The notes under the pieces: model-generated | The model's input: only the letters and a program-made list of their open reading frames with translations | The model's database searches: none | Told to the model about the DNA's origin: nothing | Program-made: the position numbers and the translations under genes | Origin: Mobula hypostoma | Taxonomy: Eukaryota | Length of the DNA stretch: 64,000 nt | Reading direction: 5' to 3' | NCBI RefSeq assembly: GCF_963921235.1 | Contig: NC_086124.1 | Location: 16,244,001-16,308,000, forward strand | Shown: positions 60,490-64,000 of the stretch, one piece after another | Layout: each line of letters opens with the position of its first letter | Numbering within the stretch: the first letter of the stretch is position 1

Positions 60490-63260
60490 AAACCAGCTTG
60501 TATTTACCCTATCTATACCCCTCATAATTTTGTATAGCTCTATCAAATCTCCTTTCTGTGTTCTAAATTCTAAGGAATAAAGTCCTAATCTATTCAATTT
60601 TTGCTTATAAATCAGGTCCTCTAGACCCAGCATCATCCTTCTAAACTTTCTCTGTACTATTTCAACCTTATTTACATCTTTTCTGTAAGTCTGTGTATTC
60701 AGGCATCCAAGTATTCAGATATCCGGTCCCTTAGAAAACTTTCCCACTTCTGATGTCAGGCTCATCGGCCTATAATTTCCTTTTAGAGCCTTTCTTAAAC
60801 ATCAAAAAAACATTGGCTATCCTCTACTCCTCTGGTACCTCATCTGTCGCTAAGGATGATTTAAGCATCTCCGCTAGGGCCCCAGCAATTTCTGCATTTG
60901 CCTTCTGCAGGGTCTGAGGGATCACCTTGTCAGGCCCTGGGGGTTTATCCACACTAATTTGCCTCAAGACAGCAAACACCTCCTCCTCTGTAACCTGTAC
61001 CGGGTCCATGAAGTTGATGCCACTTTGCCTCCCTTCTATACACTCTGTGTCCGTCTGCTGAATAAATACAGATGCAAAAAGTGCATTCAATATCAGTCCC
61101 TCTCTTTTGCATCCATGCATGGATTACTATTCTGATCTTGCAGAGGACCAACTTTATCCCTTGCAGTCCTTTTTTCTTAACATACCTGTAGAATTCCTTA
61201 GGATTCTCCTTCACCTTGTCTTCTAAGGCAACCTCATACTTTCTTTTAGCCCTGATTTCGTAAGTGTTCTCTTGCATTTTATTACACTCCATGAACACTT
61301 CATTTCTTTCAACCTGCCTATGCACCTCTTTTTTATTTTCCAAAATAGGGCCTCAATATCTCTTGAAAATCAACATCTCATCGGGACGTACTGATTAAAG
61401 AAACTTCCCTGAACACATTTGACAAACTCTATCCCAGCTAGTCCTTTTACAGTATGGGAGTCCCAGTCAATATGTGGAAAGTTAAAATGATTTACTGGAA
61501 CAACCCTGTGTTTCTTCCAACAGTCTGCAATCTCTCTACAAAGTTGTTCCTCTAAATTCCTTGGACTGTTGGGTGGTCTGTAATATAGCCCCCCTAATTT
61601 GGTCGTACATTTCTTATTATTCCGTTCCACCCATATCGTCTCAGTAGACGAGTTCACTAATCTGTCCTGACTGAGCACCGCCAGAACATTTTTCCTGACT
61701 AGTAACACCACCCTTCCTCCTTTAATCACTCCCACTGTCGTGTCTAAAACAGTGGAGGCCCTGAATATTGACATGGCAGACCAGCCCCTCCTGCTACCAA
61801 ACCTTACTAATGGCTACAATATCAAAATTCTAGGTGTTGATCCATGCCCTGAGTTCATCTGCTTTTCCTGTAATTCTCCTTGCACTGAACTAAACACAGC
61901 TCAGCTTATTAGTCAGATCATGCTCAACCTTTTGATTCTTGACTTTGTCTGAGGTCTTAACAACATCTGTCTCCACAACCTCTCTGCTAACTATTCCGGC
62001 ACTCTGCTTCCCACCCCCCTGCAACTTCAGGGAGAAATCAGGAAGGCTAAACAGGGACATGAGGTTGGTCTGCTGATAAGGTAGAAGAGAATTCCAAGGG
62101 CTTCTTTAGATATAGAAGAAGAAGAAAGCCCTTAACTCTGAGTGGATTCATCGGGACGCTGTCATGACGGCACTTTTTTAGCAGGCTTTCTTATTTTTAC
62201 GAGGCCGAGTTGCTAGCTTGACGCTCAACCCAGCATGGATGGAAAGCGTGCAAGGGAGCCGGCTGGATTCGAACTCGGGAGCCTTCGCTCCGAAGTCTGG
62301 CGCTGATCCCACTAGATATATCAAAGGCTAAAGGACGGCAAGCGCTAGAATTGGTCCTTTTGAAGATCAGCGTGGAGATCTACCCACAGAACCAGAAGGG
62401 AAGGGAGAGATCTTAAGGGAGTTGTTTGTATTTGTATTTACCTGACAGAAATACACAGGATCTATAGAACTGACTGAGGCTTAAGAGTAGTGAGGTGCTG
62501 GAACTTACCCCAATTACAGAAAAGGTGGTGCTTGCTGTCTTGAGGCAAATTAAGCAGAAAAATTTCCAAGGCCTGCAAAGTGTCCCCTCTACCTTACAGA
62601 AGTCTAGTCCAGAAATTGCCCGGGGCTTAACAGAGACGCTTAAAATGCCTGTACCACAGTTGAGGTGCCAGAGGACTGGAGGACAGCAACTGTTCCATTG
62701 TTTAGGAAAGGTTCTAAGAATAAACCCGGAAACTACACGCCAGTGAGCCTGACATCAGTTGTGAGTAAATTATTGGGAAGTATTCTTTGGGATAGAACAT
62801 AAAAGTATTTGGACAGACATAATCCCAATTAGGAATAGTTAACATAGATAAACCCTACCAAGTACATTGCTAACTAACGTTATATAGACTTTGAATTGGT
62901 ATGAGGAAGGTTGATGTTGGAAAGGCGGTGGACGTTGTGTAAATGGACATTAGCAAGGCCTATGACAGCATGGGAAGCTAGTCCTGAATATTAAATTCAG
63001 GATGAAATTGTGGGAGTAGATGGTTGTCTGTCTAACTGGAGGTCTGTTACACTGGTGCACCACAGGGATTGGTGCTTGGTCCATTCTTGTTTATTACCTA
63101 TATCGATGATTTAGATGATAATGTGGATCAGGATGACAATAACATTTGGGACGTAGTGGACAGCGAGAAAGGGTATCGAAGCTTAAAACGTGATCTGGAC
63201 CAACTGGCAAAATGACATAAGGAATTTTAATGCAGCCAAGTGTGAATAGTTTGGATAGCT
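60490..63260. mobile_element. CR1 fragments (- 60490-62030; + 62030-63260)
   Basis: GLYYRPPNS..HFNFPHIDW and VDKPPGPDKVIP; plus-strand RT remnants. Confidence 0.8.
62115..62312 (-). mobile_element. tRNA-derived SINE with a (TTC)n tail and an 8-bp TSD
   Basis: B box GTTCGAATCC; TAGATATA at 62107-62114 and 62313-62320. Confidence 0.85.
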
Positions 63261-63359
63261 ACATGCATGAGAGGGTATGGTCCGGGTGCGGGTAAATGGG
63301 AAAAAAACAGGTCGATACAAACTAGATGGGTTAACGGCCTGATTCTGTGCTGAATTCTG

Positions 63360-63740
63360 ACTCTCACCTTGTCCACGCCCCCAATCCACGGTCCTGAACT
63401 TTCCATCCAAGTGAAGCGGTGATTCAGTCGCACTTTTTCCAGTCTCGTCCGCTGAAATCGGTGATCACACCGTGGTCTCCTCGGCATTGGAGAAACCAAA
63501 CGCAGATTGGTCCGTCACCCTCATCTTCACTGTTATTGTCAGTGCAGCAGCCATCAATCTGCTTAAGCGGGTGGATCAAAAATGAGGGAGAGGGTACAGT
63601 GAATGGTGCCTCCTGCACTGTGACACTGAGGACCGAGACCACGCTGAGGAAGAGAATCTCATCCGTCCGGGAACGTCGGAGCCGCTGGTCTCCATATTAA
63701 TCTGTCCAGCGGTATTGCGCGTGCGCGGCCTGCACGGTAA
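63360..63740 (-). promoter_or_regulatory. CpG-rich putative promoter/first exon (possibly of gene E)
   Basis: tgcgcgtgcgc (NRF1-like) at 63716-63726, CpG retention, and a donor-like AG|GTGAG at ~63367 on the minus strand. Confidence 0.4.
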
Positions 63741-64000
63741 GGGAGTTCAAAGGTCAAATGTTTAAGTGCAATTTAATATCACCACATACAAGCCCAAGGT
63801 TATTTTTTCCCTCGGGCATACTTAGCAGTAAACGGCGAGAGTGCGAGGCACCTTCAAACCCTTCCACGACAAAATCTGCAGGTGCCAGAAATCCAAGAAA
63901 TACACAGAAAATGCTGGAGGAGTTCGGCAGGCCAGACAACATCGATGGAAAAGTATACAGCCGACGTTTCGGACCAAGACCCCGACCAAGAAACGTCGAC

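Noticed and set aside
62250-62312. Possible tRNA gene
   Set aside because: No complete acceptor stem; it is embedded in a TSD-flanked, tailed SINE.
63424-63642. 72-aa acidic/Cys-containing ORF as a coding exon
   Set aside because: Non-ATG start, a stop before the donor-like site, and no family I can recognise.

Overview
Vertebrate genomic DNA, most likely from a cartilaginous fish. This is inferred from the CR1/Penelope/Rex1/V-SINE repeat landscape and the KRAB-less poly-zinc-finger genes. The window is a repeat-dense C2H2 zinc-finger (ZNF) cluster with three ORF-bearing genes (B 10063-10827 +, C 28423-30609 -, E 56247-57359 -) and two ZNF pseudogenes (A ~5.5-5.7 kb +, D ~42.0-42.4 kb -). 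All are built from one duplicated module: CpG/NRF1 promoter, intron modules, splice acceptor, ZF exon, poly(A) signal and spacer. A+B and D+C form an inverted two-gene duplicon. B, C and E are each followed by the same decayed retroviral LTR. The C and E copies keep a tRNA-Ser-like primer-binding site, and the C copy continues into gag/pol remnants. A near-complete Nimb (I-clade) LINE with a 14-bp target-site duplication (TSD) sits in the first exon of gene C. An older Nimb-like copy sits in another promoter-like segment. The rest is CR1, Rex1-like, Penelope (with minimal hammerhead ribozyme motifs), Gypsy, solo LTRs, Tc1, Tigger and SINE debris. No prokaryotic system or CRISPR array is present. 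All calls come from reading the sequence by eye; no database search was run.
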